Origin: Macrostomum hystrix
Lineage: Eukaryota; Animalia; Platyhelminthes
DNA length: 64,000 nucleotides
Direction: 5' to 3'
Assembly: GCA_950097015.1 (NCBI GenBank)
Contig: CATNEN010000014.1
Span: 744,001-808,000, forward strand
Part shown: one piece after another, positions 1 through 12,415 of the stretch
Layout: the number at the start of each line of letters is the position of its first letter
Numbering within the stretch: the stretch's first letter is position 1
The notes under the pieces: model-generated
Told to the model about the DNA's origin: nothing
The model's database searches: none
What the model saw: only the letters and a program-made list of their open reading frames with translations
Translations under genes and position numbers: made by a program

Positions 1-200
1 ACTGGGATTCTAAATTGCTCACAGCTGACTGAGATTCCGGATTGCTCATAGCTGACTGAGATTCAGGATTTCTCACAGCTGACTGGGATTCCGGATTGCT
101 CACAGCTGACTGGGATTCCGGATTTCTCACAGCTGACTGAGATTCCGGATTGCTCACAGCAGACTGGGATTCCGGATTGGTCGCGGCAGACTGGGAATTC
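1..200. repeat. 27-bp minisatellite (ctcacagctgactgggattccggattg), about 7 copies, in the intron upstream of the ABCC exon
   Basis: actg(a/g)gattc recurs at 1, 28, 55, 82 and onward. Confidence 0.9.
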
Positions 201-257
201 GGTTTTCTAGTGACTCTGAGATCCCCATCCGCCCGTTGCTGCCCGCAGCACCCTCAG

Positions 258-1184
258 ATTTTCTACCCCTCCTGGCCTCGCTCCGGCTCCCTGGAGTTCT
301 CTAACGTCTCACTGCGCTACCGGCCCGCCCCGGCGCTGCGCGCACTAAGTCACGTGACATTCAGCGTGGCCCCAGGCGATCGGCTGGCCATTGTGGGTCG
401 CACAGGCAGCGGCAAGACCTCCTTGCTGCGAGCGCTGTTCCGCACCGTTGAGCTGGATGGCGGCCGGGTCACTGTAGACGGCCTGGACATTCACCGGCTG
501 TCCCGCTTCAACATTCGCTCCCGGCTGGCCGTCATTCCCCAGGTGAGGAAGGCTGCTGGGCGGCTCTGGGTTCACTAATAAGGGGGCGGAATTTGTAGCA
601 TAGTTCTCCGCCGTTTACCCTGTTTACTCTTAAATCCATTGCCGGCCCATTAGGAGCCGTTCCTCTTTGATGCCTCTCTGCGCGAGAACCTCGACCCAGC
701 CGGCGAATTCTCCTACGAGGACCTCGAGGCGACCATCGAGCGCTGCCGGCTTCGCAGCCTCGAGTCCCGTCTGGCCGCTCGTCACGACGGCCGCGTCGGC
801 GAAGCCGGCCGCTGCCTGAGCGCCGGGCAGCGCCAGCTGGTCTGCCTGGCTCGCGCGCTGCTCCGCCGGGCGCCGCTAGTCTGCCTCGACGAGGCCACCG
901 CCTGCGTCGACGCCGACACCGAGGCGGAGATGCAGCGGGCGCTGCTGCAGTGCCTGTCTGGTGTCACCCTGCTGGTGATCGCGCACCGCCTGGAGACCGT
1001 GGCCGCCCTCTGCACCTCCGTCATCGTACTCAGCAGCGGCCGCATTGTTGAGCAGGGCTGCCCGGAGGAGCTACTGCGGAATCCTCGGTCCGAGCTCTAC
1101 CGCCTGTTCGCCACCGACACCCGGCGTCGGAGGGGACAGCGGCGGTCCTCCGGGCGGCTATCGCCAGCAGCCGCAGCTGACTGA
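258..1184 (+). CDS. ABCC10: ABCC/MRP transporter, last two exons encoding NBD2; ABCC10 (MRP7)-like
   Basis: Exons ~258-542 and 654-1184, GT-AG intron 543-653 (phase 0). Walker A GRTGSGKT, IPQ|EPFLF junction, signature LSAGQRQ, Walker B VCLDEA, H-loop IAHRL; AATAAA at 1504. The subfamily call rests on remembered similarity; the first acceptor position is approximate. Confidence 0.85.
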
Positions 1185-2282
1185 CTGGCTGATCTTCGGT
1201 GATTTCTGGCCGCATAATACTTATACATCATATATGCCTACATTTGTGGTATACGGTCTGAGCACTTTTCAATGTTTCCTGACTGCCTTCTGAGCTCGCT
1301 GATCCCCAACAATGGCGACTGTCTTTCTCTGCGGCTGCGGCTGCTCCGTGCCTTGCAGTCACTCTGTCTCCACCTCTAAGTTCACAGGTGTTCCTTACGT
1401 CCTTGGCAGGCCGGCCTTATTAACTAATTCTCAACTGTGAAATTCTTTCTGCAGTCTCCTCGCTCATCTCTGCGCTCTGTAAGTTTATTTGTAACCCCTC
1501 ACCAATAAATAGCTGATTGTGGGTTGCCTTGACAATAGGCAGACCACGCAATTCCCCCCACCCCAGGGGAAGGACCACAGGGCTATTTTAAACACCCACT
1601 GCCTACTTCACGAGAGCTCCCAAATAGAATGACTGATTTACGTGAAAGTCCACCATATGGATATAAATCTCCGGCCTTTACGACGAACTAACTTTCGTAG
1701 CCGTCCGAGTCCGCATCTGAGCAGAAGAATTAAGCCTACATTGGTGTTTTCGCCATTCTGCTTTTTCATCGGATAGATGGCGATTAGTTGAATATTTTGG
1801 GAGATACAGAAAAAAGAGAAATGTGGGTATTTGAAATATCCCCGTGGTCCTCCTACTCTCAATAGTTTGCTGTACTCTGCTATTTCAGCAATAAATCTAT
1901 CCGGTATCCGTGCCTGCCGTGCCAAGCCTGTTGATGGCTGCCTATCGAGTCAGAGCTTGTACATTGATTTGCCTCTGATTTTGAGTATTTTTTTATTGGT
2001 TTTTGAGTAGGGTTGCTTGCTATTTTAGCTATGTTTAGCATAATCTGTTCAAGCGTGGTCTTAATTGGCTTTGATTTTTTGAAATAAGCAAACGCATTAT
2101 GAAACTGCAAATTTGCAGATGCTTTCAAAATGCATCGGACCTTACCAACTCGAATTTCGTTTCGTCTTCGTGTCTTTTAATAATGCTAGGCTCAGCTAGT
2201 CCTTAGTGTTAGCTGGAACTGTCTATGGCCCAGAGCCCTCGCGGGAGACCCTTGATATGAAGAGAAAAGCAAGTGTTGAACG

Positions 2283-3031
2283 ATGTCAGTTCAGGCTCTG
2301 ATTGAACAAGCGATTGCCAGACAAAGAAACTGCTCAGGAAAATGGAGACCCACTCAGCGGATGAGGGCACGGACGACTTGTACCGCACCGCGGCCGACCT
2401 GGCCAGAAAGATTCAGGCGAGCATTGAGGCAATGCGCGCTCAGCCACTGCCGCCGCAGCAGCAGCAGTTGCAGCCGCAGCTTCATGACTTGCTGACACAG
2501 TGCGTGCAACAGCTGGGTCAGAGGTTCTTGCCACCGGCTGAGGAGCAGCAGCAGCAGGTTAGGCCTTTGAATAATCAGGAAAGGCTTGTTGAGCGGGAGC
2601 AGCAGGTGTGGCTGGGCCAGGACGCTTTGGTTGCTGGCGAACCATTTCAGCAGCAACAGCGGAAGCCGACGGTTCGTCGGCGGTGTCACCATGACGAGCT
2701 GGAACAGCAGCGGAGGCCGCAGCAGCTGCCACCTTCTGGCGATAAGGTCCAGCGTGGCCTTATACAGCCTCATTATCAGCGCGATGAAGAGCAACAGTGG
2801 AAGCAGAAGAATCCGCAGAGGCGGTCCAGAAAGTCGAGCGGGTGCGAGCGGCAGTCGGAGCCGCAGCCGGCGGCCTTCAATGCTAGCAATCGAGTGCGCC
2901 TTGAGCCCAGCCTGCTGAATCTGGTCCTGCGGCTGGACGGCCGAATCGGTGATGACGGCTCGCTGATTGTGAAGGCCAGCGTTCACCCGGATCGCAGAGC
3001 TGCCGTAGACGAAGCCGGTTGCTCCAACTGA
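2283..3031 (+). CDS. Orphan Gln-rich protein, probable N-terminal coiled coil; apparent 1-nt frameshift near 2325
   Basis: 229-aa ORF 2342-3031. Adding one A at caaagaaa joins ATG 2283 in frame (MSVQALIEQAIARQKKLLRKMETHS). No recognised domain. Confidence 0.45.
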
Positions 3032-3369
3032 CGCAGCTGCGAGGGACTGCTGCACAGGTCAGCACCGAGGTCAAGAGCTGTGAGACGCTTGGAGCCTGAA
3101 GGTGACAATGACTAGCAGTGTCTCCCTAGAAACCCAAGAAACTGTTTATTTAGCCTTATTTTATTGTGTTATAGTCTGCCCTATGCTAGGAAGTAAGCTT
3201 AGTTTCAATACATTCGGATAGTCAGATTAGCCTGAGCTCAAATCAGTAATCCGAATTCGCTAGCCTAATCTGTGCTGCCCAATCGTTGCTGCCTACTGCC
3301 TTGCTTCAGGCTCACATTATTTAAGGAGTGTCCGAGGTCTTTCACTTCTGGAACAGAACTTTTGGGATC

Positions 3370-3822
3370 CGAAACTTCCGATTTTTTAAAGCAAAGCTTC
3401 AGACTTTAAGGTTTGAAACTTCAGGTTTTATGATTTGAAACTTCAGATTTTGGGATTTGAAACTTCAGACTTTAGGATTTGAAACTTCAGATTTTGGGAT
3501 TTGAAACTTCAGGTTTTAGGATTTGAAACTTCAGATTTTGGTATTTGAAACTTCAGATTTTGGGATTTGAAACTTCAGATTTTGGGATTTGAAACTTCAG
3601 ATTTTGGGATTTGAAACTTCAGATTTTGGGATTTGAAACTTCAGATTTTGGGATTTGAAACTTCAGATTTTGGGATTTGAAACTTCAGATTTTGGGATTT
3701 GAAACTACATATTTTTGTGATTTTAAACTTCAGATTTTGAGATTTGAAACTTCAGATTTTTGGGATTCGAAGCTTCTGATTTTGAGATTTGAGACTTCAG
3801 ATTTTGGGATTTGAAACTTCAG
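3370..3822. repeat. 22-bp minisatellite (gaaacttcagattttgggattt), about 20 copies
   Basis: Period of 22 (3437, 3459 and onward). Confidence 0.95.
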
Positions 3823-4850
3823 GGACAGTTTTCGGGATCTGCGAACTTTGAGTCTCCAGTTTTGGTCCCAGAGCTAACCTTTAAATTGGTTTTCAAAGGC
3901 CACAGCAACAGTTGCTGGGGAGATTGTCATCGATTTGGCCGCGGCCATGGCAATCTCTTCAGCTGCTGACTTTACTGCATAGCAGCTACCAAAAGGCTGC
4001 CTACGTTTCGGCATTGACCTGAAATCCAATGCTGCTGGCGGTGAGCAGCTGAAGCACTGCGGACGGCCCCCGCGGACGCCGAGCCGGCAGTTCCCACGCG
4101 AGCGAATTCCATCGATTAATCGAACTGAAGACGCAGGGCTGAGCTGCCAACCGGTTCGAGCACCGCTGGCTGGTGATAGCAGAGGGTCCTCTCTGAGCCA
4201 GCAGCTGCTGCAGCAGGTCGGAGTGGCGTCCACCCCCAGTCGATACGGCGGAGGCTCGAGTCCCTCGCAGCACCCGCGCCATCCCGGCCTCCTCATTAAT
4301 TTTGCCGTGAGAGCCGCGCCATCTGTCTGCTTCAATCGTCTTTTATGGGAAATTTTCCCCTGTCCCCTCTCTGATATAGCTCTCTGGGATTCCGCGAGCA
4401 GATACGACCTGTTTGAACTCGAGTTGAGCTTCAGGCCTTCAATCCACAGGGCTTCTCACTGATAATACGGACCTAATGCAGGAGCGGTTGAGATTCGGCA
4501 GCTGTTACTCACAGCTCATAAGTATGCATCACTCCAGTGTATTTCGCAGTAGGTGTACCAGGTGTGCGCCATAATGTGCTGGTCGCATTGGGATTGGAGG
4601 TGACGAATCGGTGGTGGGGGAGTTGTACACAATCAATATATCGCTTGTGTGGTCAAGGGAGCTGCAATAAAACGTTTTTTTGATTACTAAACTGCAATGA
4701 TTCGCCTACTAGCGTGCGGCCGTAGGGCAGCAGCGATAGAAGACTTTGCTAGCGAATTCGCATGCGAAAACAATGGCGCAAATAAAAGAACAAACAAAAG
4801 GCAACAGCCCGTCTATCATACTGGCCTGCTTCTCTTTCAAAGTATGGCAG

Positions 4851-5195
4851 TCTAACAGCTGACAGGCCTGTCTAACTGGTCGCTGGTTCGAATCTAGCAG
4901 CTGACAGGCCTGTCTAACTGGTCGCTGGTTCGATTCTAACAGCTGACAGGCCTGTCTAACAGGTCGCTGGTTCGAATCTAACAGCTGACAGGCCTGTCTA
5001 ACTGGTCGCTGGTTCGATTCTAACAGCTGACAGGCCTGTCTAACTGGTCGCTGGTTCGATTCTAACAGCTGACAGGCCTGTCTAACAGGTCGCTGGTTCG
5101 ATTCTAACAGCTGACAGGCCTGTCTAACTGGTCGCTGGTTCAAATCTAACAGCTGACAGGCCTGTCTAACAGGTCGCTGGTTGGAATCTAACAGC
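4851..5195. repeat. 42-bp minisatellite, about 8 copies
   Basis: Unit tctaacagctgacaggcctgtctaactggtcgctggttcgat; 14-aa periodicity in the spurious ORF 4709-5143. Confidence 0.95.
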
Positions 5196-5823
5196 TCTAA
5201 CAGCAGTCGCGAACTTGTGTAACACAGTAGCGCTGTGCAAGAGGCCGTAAAAAGTTTCTGGGTCGGAAAGCAGCTAGTTTTGCAACTGAGCCTGTCTGCT
5301 TTTCAAACAGTGGGCGGGCAACCGGACACCCTTGTAATCGGGCCGCCAGTCAACAACTGCACAATGCCAGGCTCAAACTTTAACTAGCGATGGCCACAAG
5401 CAAACAATGCGCCAGGGGCCATGAGCTCTCGTGTGCTCAGAGCTCTGGCCGAGCCTCGCTCACTAACCAGAGACCGAGCGGGCAGCCGTGAGGGAGGAGC
5501 AATCGATAATGCCGCGCCAGCCCAGCTGTGCCCAGCCCGCCCGCCTCTGGCTGCAGTGCGAGCCGCTTCACCTTTGAGTTGGAGCCTCATGTGTCTTGGC
5601 CATTTGCGTAAGATCTGAAAAGTGCATCCGCTAAACTACACTGAGAACAGTTGACAGTCTAGTAGAGAATCCGCTAAGCTACACTGAGAACAGTTGACAG
5701 TCTAGTAGAGAATCCGTATCAGCTAATGCGAATCGTGACTGTCTCAGGAGTGACTCAACACTGCGCCACTCAGTAGCGCGTCAATTTATCCTAAGTGAAC
5801 TGCTCCCACAGCTGACCGCGGCC

Positions 5824-7156
5824 TCAGTATTGACTTCGCCAGGCCGAGTACAGGTTGCAGTCGCGGCTCCTGGCAGCTTCGAACGGCCGCATCGTTTGGC
5901 TGCCACCGGCGCTGTTGGGTGGGTGGGACAGCTGGCGAAGGTGCTGATGCTGCGGAACCCGCGGCTCCCACAGCTGAGTCTCTTGAATTGCTGCGGGCGG
6001 GATCAGGTGGGCGGTTGATTTGTGGGACAATCCACTCACACTGGGACACAATCCTCACACACTGGGACACTCCACACACACTGGGACACAATCCTCACAC
6101 ACTGGGACACTCCACACACACTGGGACAATCCACTCACACTGGGACACAATCCTCACACACTGGGACACTCCACACACACTGGGACAATCCACTCACACT
6201 GGGACACAATCCTCACACACTGGGACACAATCCTCACACACTGGGACACAATCCTCACACACTGGGACACAATCGACTCACACTGGGACACAATCGACTC
6301 ACACTGGGACACTCCACACACACTGGGACACACACTGTCTACAGACACTGGCTTACCATCGTCCTGCTGCTGCTGCATCAGCTGAACAGCAACTGCAGCT
6401 GTCACAGACTGCGGACTCTGTGGCGCCTCGAGCGCCAGCAGCGGAGTGGCGCTTGATGCCAAGCTGCCGCAGCCCAGGGAGCGGCCGGACTGGCCACCGG
6501 CGGAGCGCTGGCGACTGGCCAGGCAGCGGTCGTAGCCGGCCAGGGCTGACCGATTGGCCAGCAAGGTGTCGCAGCTGACTGGCGGCTCAGCGATGACGGC
6601 TGCTGCAGCCGCGGTGCCCGGGCAGCTCACCAGTGCCTGGGCCTTGCGGTAGCCTGCTGGCAGATCGGACACTATCGCCGGTGATCCTGAAGCTGCCGCC
6701 GCTGCCGCCGCCGCCGCCGCCGACGATGAGGCCGACGCCGCAGTCGGGTTCTCGCGTACCAGGCCGTTCAGCGGCTGCTGAGGCGGCGATGACGTCACTG
6801 AAACTCCTGGCGAGGCAATTGCAGCCGCTTCCGCAGCCTTTGGCGACAGCTTTGCCCTGCGTTGCTGCTGCTGCTGTTCCAGACTGTCCTGACTGCCCTC
6901 GAATTCGCCGAACCAAACGGCTTTGAAAAAGCGCTCGCCGCAGATAATGGAGAGAATCAGCAACGTCAGGGACACCATCCAGGAGGAGATCTGCAAATTT
7001 CAAACGCGTCCTTTACTGTCAGTCAGTCTGTCTGGTTGTCTGTCTGACTGTCTGACTGTCGGACTGTCTGTCTGTCTGTCTGTCATAGTGTCTGACTGTC
7101 TGTCTGACTGTCTGACTGTCTGTCTGTCTGACTGTCTGTCTGTCTGTCTGTCTGAC

Positions 7157-7201
<45 letters not shown>

Positions 7202-7348
7202 GACTGTCTGTCTGACTGTCTGACTGTCTGTCTGTCTGTCTGTCTGTCTGTCTGACTGTCTGTCTGTCTGTCTGTCATAGTGTCTGACTGTCTGTCTGAC
7301 TGTCTGACTGTCTGTCTGTCTGACTGTCTGTCTGTCTGTCTGTCTGAC

Positions 7349-7393
<45 letters not shown>

Positions 7394-10300
7394 GACTGTC
7401 TGTCTGTCTGTCTGACTGTCTGACTGTCTGTCTGTCTGTCTTTCTGTCTGGCTTTCTGTCTGTCTGCCCGCCTGCCTGTCTCTCACCTGGGCGATGGTGA
7501 TCAGGCCGAAGAACTTGGAGCTCCTGAAGTAGTCAAAGTCCCGATGCGAAGCGTGCCATTGGAAGGACTGGATGAGCGGGCAGGTCAAGCCGAATCTAGG
7601 ATCAAAGTTGACAGGCGGACAAGATTAGGCATTTCTGAGTTTACTCAAATTATTCTCATGTGGCCTAGCTCTGATTCCTGAGCTGATCAAACCATGCGTC
7701 ATGCCGTCAGTCCCCAGGGTCTTCCTGACAGAGGACAGAGGACGCTACTCCCAATCAAAGCTGCCGCTCGGCCCTATAAAAGTACATGTTCATGCGCAGT
7801 GTTGCGCCAAGCTTTGGTTTCTGCAATTCCCTTGTGCACGTTGACAGCACTGGATTCGCGCTGTTGGAAACTCACTGGCCTCGCTTCATCAGCTCCTTGA
7901 CGGGCTCGGAGTCCTTCAGATCCCCAAGGATCGTGGTGCACCAGAACCTGTGTCCCTGTGTGAGCACACAGCTCGAGATGAGCTGACTGGTAAAAAGAAC
8001 CGAGTTGAACAGCAGCGACGGAAAAACCAGCCGCCTGAGGTGCCTGCGGGGTAGGGAGTTTGATCCTCAGGCCTTTGATTGGCTACGACTGGTCTGGGTT
8101 GCCTGATTGGCGATTTTAATGCCAGTTCTATACCACTGGATTGCTAGCCTATGCCTGGTCACGACATATTTGAGTGGATTGCGACTGGGAATGATTTCGG
8201 ACGTGCAGAGCTGAGCTGAGGACAGGGTAGGACAGAGGACAGGCTGGGTAGGACAGAGGACAGGCAGGGTAGGACAGAGGACAGGCAGGGTAGGACAGAG
8301 GACAGGCAGGGTAGGACAGAGGACAGGCAGGGTAGGACAGAGGACAGGCAGGGTAGGGGGCAGAGAACAAGCATAGTAGGAAGGAGCACAAGAAAAATAG
8401 GCAGTTGGGGAAATGATAGTCCGTGATATGTTTGAGTATTAGGGGAAGCCTTGGCATGCAAATATTTCCCCAAGCTGTGGTGGCGCACCGCCAAAATCCC
8501 CTATTCAAACTTTCCCTCAAGTATCGACGCGAAAGTTTGCCGTGCGCGCCAGCCATTGAAGATTGCCACTTCTCCATTCCTTGGGAGCGGGGCGCGCCCT
8601 AGAAGTGCAGCGCTGTACTCACCCACTCGCCCGCCCCTTCCTCCGGCATTTCCCTCACGGCCTCTCACTTCCCACAGCATGGCTTTAAGCCTCAGGGCCT
8701 CCCAACAATGGCCCTGAGCGGAGGTGAGGCGGCAGTGAATGGCCGATTCCCTTCCCTGCCGCTTCGCTCATTTTCTCGTTTTGCGTCGCCCACGGCTGCG
8801 CTGAGCCCCGGATGGGTGGAGGTGGGGCGGCGATGCCAGAAGGCATTGATCAGACACGCTGCGCCTTCTGGCAACCCGCGGCCTGTGCTGGGGTTGCGTC
8901 TACCTGGCCTGCTCACGCGTGACCCCCCTCGCTCCTCCCTATGTCTCGCCCTGAGTCTATCCAGAATCCATCTCAAAGCAGGTGCGATCCCAATTGCGTG
9001 AACAATCGAAAACTGTGAGCCCCCACTCTGATGAAGCTCAGGTTGCTCTGGCTCTGATTGCTGATGGGGCGAGACTGGGGACAGGTTGGGATTGACTAGG
9101 GACAGGTTGGGATTGACTGGGGACAGGTTGGGATTGACTGAGGGCAGGTTGGCTTTGACTGGGGACAGGTTGGGATTGACTGAGGGCAGGTTGGCTTTGA
9201 CTGGGGACAGGTTGGGTTTGCCTGGGGACAGGTTGGGATTGACTGGGGACAGGTTGGGATTGACTGGGGCAGGTTGGGATTGACTGGGGGCAGGTTGGCT
9301 TTGACTGGGGACAGGTTGGGATTGACTGGGGGAAGGTTGGCTTTGACTGGGGCAGGTTGGGATTGACTGGGGGGAAGGTTGGCTTTGACTGGGGCAGGTT
9401 GGGATTGACTGGGGGAAGGTTGGGTTTGACTGGGGACAGGTTGGGTTTGACTGGGGACAGGTTGGGTTTGCCTGGGGACAGGTTGGGTTTGACTGGGGAC
9501 AGGTTTTGAAGTTTCTGAATGTTTGGCTTCAAAGCATCAAGGGAATTTCGGTTCTTTCGGTGCCTCGCTGTTCAGCTTGAGTTAAAAATAACGCGGCTCG
9601 CCAGCAAGTTGGGCTGCCGCGCAAACAGCCGGTCACGTGACGGGTGTGATCGAAGGCCAGCGCGAGCAGGGAGAGTGAAAGCAGTGGCAGATGAGCTGCT
9701 TGAGCCCGGGAGCAGCCGAGAACAACCAAAAATGCATGAAAATATCTTTACTTGGCCTGCCCCGGTCCAACTTTACATGCTTTCTGGGCTGTTATTTGCA
9801 CAGCCCGCCGGCTTTCCGGGCTTGACTGCCTTGCCTTTCTAGCCAGTGAGGCCACTTTAGGGAACCGCACTTTGAGACGCTTGAGTGACCGCCGCTGAGT
9901 TTTTGCCAATGACTGACAGGTCCTGATATATTATACAGACAGGTGCTCAGATCAGAATGTGACAGGTGCTCAGATCAGAATATGACAGGTGCTCAGATCA
10001 GAATATGACAGGTGCTCAGATCAGAATATGACAGGTGCTCAGATCAGAATATGACAGGTGCTCAGATCAGAATGTGACAGGTGCTCAGATCAGAATGTGA
10101 CAGGTGCTCAGATCAGAAAATGACAGGCGCTCAGATCAGAATGTGACAGGTGCTCAGATCAGAATGTGACAGGTGCTCAGATCAGAATGACAGGTGCTCA
10201 GATCAGAAAATGACAGGTGCTCAGATCAGAATGCTCAGATCAGAATGTGACAGGTGCTCAGATCAGAATGTGACAGGTGCTCAGATCAGAATGTGACAGG

Positions 10301-10836
10301 TGCTCAGATCAGAATGACAGGTGCTCAGATCAGAAAATGACAGGTGCTCAGATCAGAATGCTCAGATCAGAATGTGACAGGTGCTCAGATCAGAAAATGA
10401 CAGGTGCTCAGATCAGAATGTGACAGGTGCTCAGATCAGATTATGACAGGTGCTCAGATCAGAAAGTGATCAGGCAGGTCGCTCACCCCTTCCTGGCCTT
10501 GTTGGGTGAGCTGAGCAGGGCGAACAGGGCGCCCCAGAGCAGGCTGTAGCAGGCGGTGGTGATGTTGAGGTACATGGAGTAATAGCAGGTCTTCTTCTCG
10601 CCGCCCTTCAGGTCGCCTTCGAGGCGCAGCACAAAGGAGCCATTCTCGGAGGGCGCCAGCTCCGCTTTGTTCGGCCGCGCGTACAGCGGGCAATTATCCC
10701 GCAAGTCCTCGAATGTTACCTTCAGCGTCACGCACGAGATCAAAGAGAAAATACCGCTGCCTATGTACAGGGTCACCTGGATCCACCGCAGGTACCGCTG
10801 CAGCGGTGCGGTTGGTGCTCGACTAAAACTGCTCAT
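5824..10836 (-). CDS. TMEM179: TMEM179-family membrane protein, 5 exons, 475 aa
   Basis: Exons 10487-10836, 7876-8043, 7487-7595, 6357-6990, 5824-5990; all GT-AG with matching phases (2,2,0,1). Motifs DLRDNCPLY, TCYYS, GHRFWCTTI and FGLITIAQISSW correspond to TMEM179 DFRGRCLLF, ACRF, GFTMWCDTI and FAIAQFGLW (from memory). Confidence 0.82.
6024..6335. repeat. 21-bp minisatellite (cacactgggacacaatcctca) filling TMEM179 intron 4
   Basis: 7-codon periodic ORFs in all frames. Confidence 0.9.
7015..7480. repeat. (CTGT)n microsatellite filling TMEM179 intron 3
   Basis: Directly visible. Confidence 0.95.
8213..8362. repeat. 21-bp minisatellite (gggtaggacagaggacaggca), about 7 copies
   Basis: Directly visible. 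Confidence 0.9.
9075..9506. repeat. 21-bp minisatellite (ctggggacaggttgggattga), about 20 copies
   Basis: Directly visible. Confidence 0.9.
9938..10465. repeat. 23-bp minisatellite (gacaggtgctcagatcagaatgt), about 23 copies
   Basis: Directly visible; begins about 20 nt inside the intron-1 donor. Confidence 0.95.
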
Positions 10837-10847
10837 CAGACTGAGTA

Positions 10848-11611
10848 GCTAGATCACAGCAGATTGAGTTGCAGTTGCTGCTAGATCACAGCAGATTGAG
10901 TTGCAGTTGCTGCTAGATCACAGCAGATTGAGTTGCAGTTGCTGCTAGATCACAGCAGATTGAGTTGCAGTTGCTGCTAGATCACTGCAGATAGAGGTGC
11001 AGTTGCTGCTAGATCACTGCAGATAGAGGTGCAGTTGCTGCTAGATCACTGCAGATAGAGGTGCAGTTGCTGCTAGATCACTGCAGATAGAGGTGCAGTT
11101 GCTGCTAGATCACAGCAGATTGAGTTGCAGTTGCTGCTAGATCACTGCAGATTGAGCTGCAGTTGCTGCTAGATCACTGCAGATTGAGTTGCAGTTGCTG
11201 CTAGATCACTGCAGATTGAGCTGCAGTTGCTGCTAGATCACTGCAGATTGAGTTGCAGTTGCTGCTAGATCACTGCAGATTGAGTTGCAGTCGCTGCTAG
11301 ATCACTGCAGATTGAGTTGCAGTTGCTGCTAGATCACTGCAGATTGAGTTGCAGTTGCTGCTAGATCACTGCAGATAGAGCTGCAGTTGCTGCTAGATCA
11401 CTGCAGATAGAGCTGCAGTTGCTGCTAGATCACTGCAGATTGAGTTGCAGTTGCTGCTAGATCACAGCAGATTGAGTTGCAGTTGCTGCTAGATCACTGC
11501 AGATAGAGCTGCAGTTGCTGCTAGATCACTGCAGATAGAGCTGCAGTTGCTGCTAGATCACTGCAGATTGAGTTGCAGTTGCTGCTAGATCACAGCAGAT
11601 TGAGTTGCAGA
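10848..11611. repeat. 32-bp minisatellite (agatcactgcagattgagttgcagttgctgct), about 24 copies
   Basis: Directly visible, immediately upstream of the TMEM179 ATG. Confidence 0.95.
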
Positions 11612-12183
11612 TAGAGGTGCATTTCTCAACAATTTATTTTGTAACCGAATCGCTTCGTGGCTGCTAGACGTGGCCCGCAGTTTCTGAGTTGCCTGAAGTG
11701 CAAGGTACGGAATTTCTCTGTTGCACCGATGTCTCCATGCGGGAGTGCCAGGCGCCTTCCCCCTGTCCTGTTCTCGCCAGGCTTTCCCTGCCTCCCAGCC
11801 TTATATTGTGGGCCCGCTACAGCTTTGGCTTTGCAGGTCAGGCAGCTGCAGTTTGGTGACAGCTCTCCCAGCCAATGAGAGAGCGCCTGGGCTAATACTG
11901 GCGTCTTTGGCGGAGCTTAGGGCAAGGGAGGGGCTTCTTGAAAGCAGCGGTGTCAGGGGCTGAAAAGGTATCGTGCAGCATTTTAAAACTGCTTTTGCAG
12001 ACCTTCAGATGAAACTGCAGGACTCCCAACCCCAGTATCCTTATTTTCTTCATGCTTTCGGCGGTGAAGCGATGTGAATCTGCTGTTGTTAGCCTGGTCA
12101 GGACAGCTTGTTGGACCTCGCTTCATGACGCCTCACTACAGCGGCATGAGGTGATTCATTCCGAACATGTTGGGGGTGCGCCA

Positions 12184-12375
12184 GGGGTGAGTGGCGAAGC
12201 GGTTAATGCGTTTGCCTCTCGCGCCAAGGTCCCTGAGCTCGATTCCACATTCATTTGGGGCGCAGCCGTGGCGAGTAGGCTTGGGGGCCAACCTCCAAGG
12301 CACAGTGAGAGTGTACACTGCCTGACGATGAGAAAGTCAGGGCAGATGTACACACCTGTGTGCGTGTGTGCTCAG
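12184..12375 (+). mobile_element. tRNA-derived SINE, copy 1
   Basis: Box A TGGCGAAGCGG (12192), box B-like GAGCTCGATTCC (12235); body shared with the inverted copy at 44178-44414. Confidence 0.75.
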
Positions 12376-12415
12376 AATTTAGCAAACTGGGAAGAATTGC
12401 CTCCTAATGTTGAGA

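Noticed and set aside
6154-6356. Cys/Val-rich end of the 280-aa ORF 6154-6996
   Set aside because: Read-through past the GTAAGC donor at 6356 into the 21-bp array
8834-8873. Perfect 11-bp inverted repeat TGCCAGAAGGC/GCCTTCTGGCA
   Set aside because: Isolated hairpin in an intron with no TSD, second copy or recognisable RNA motif
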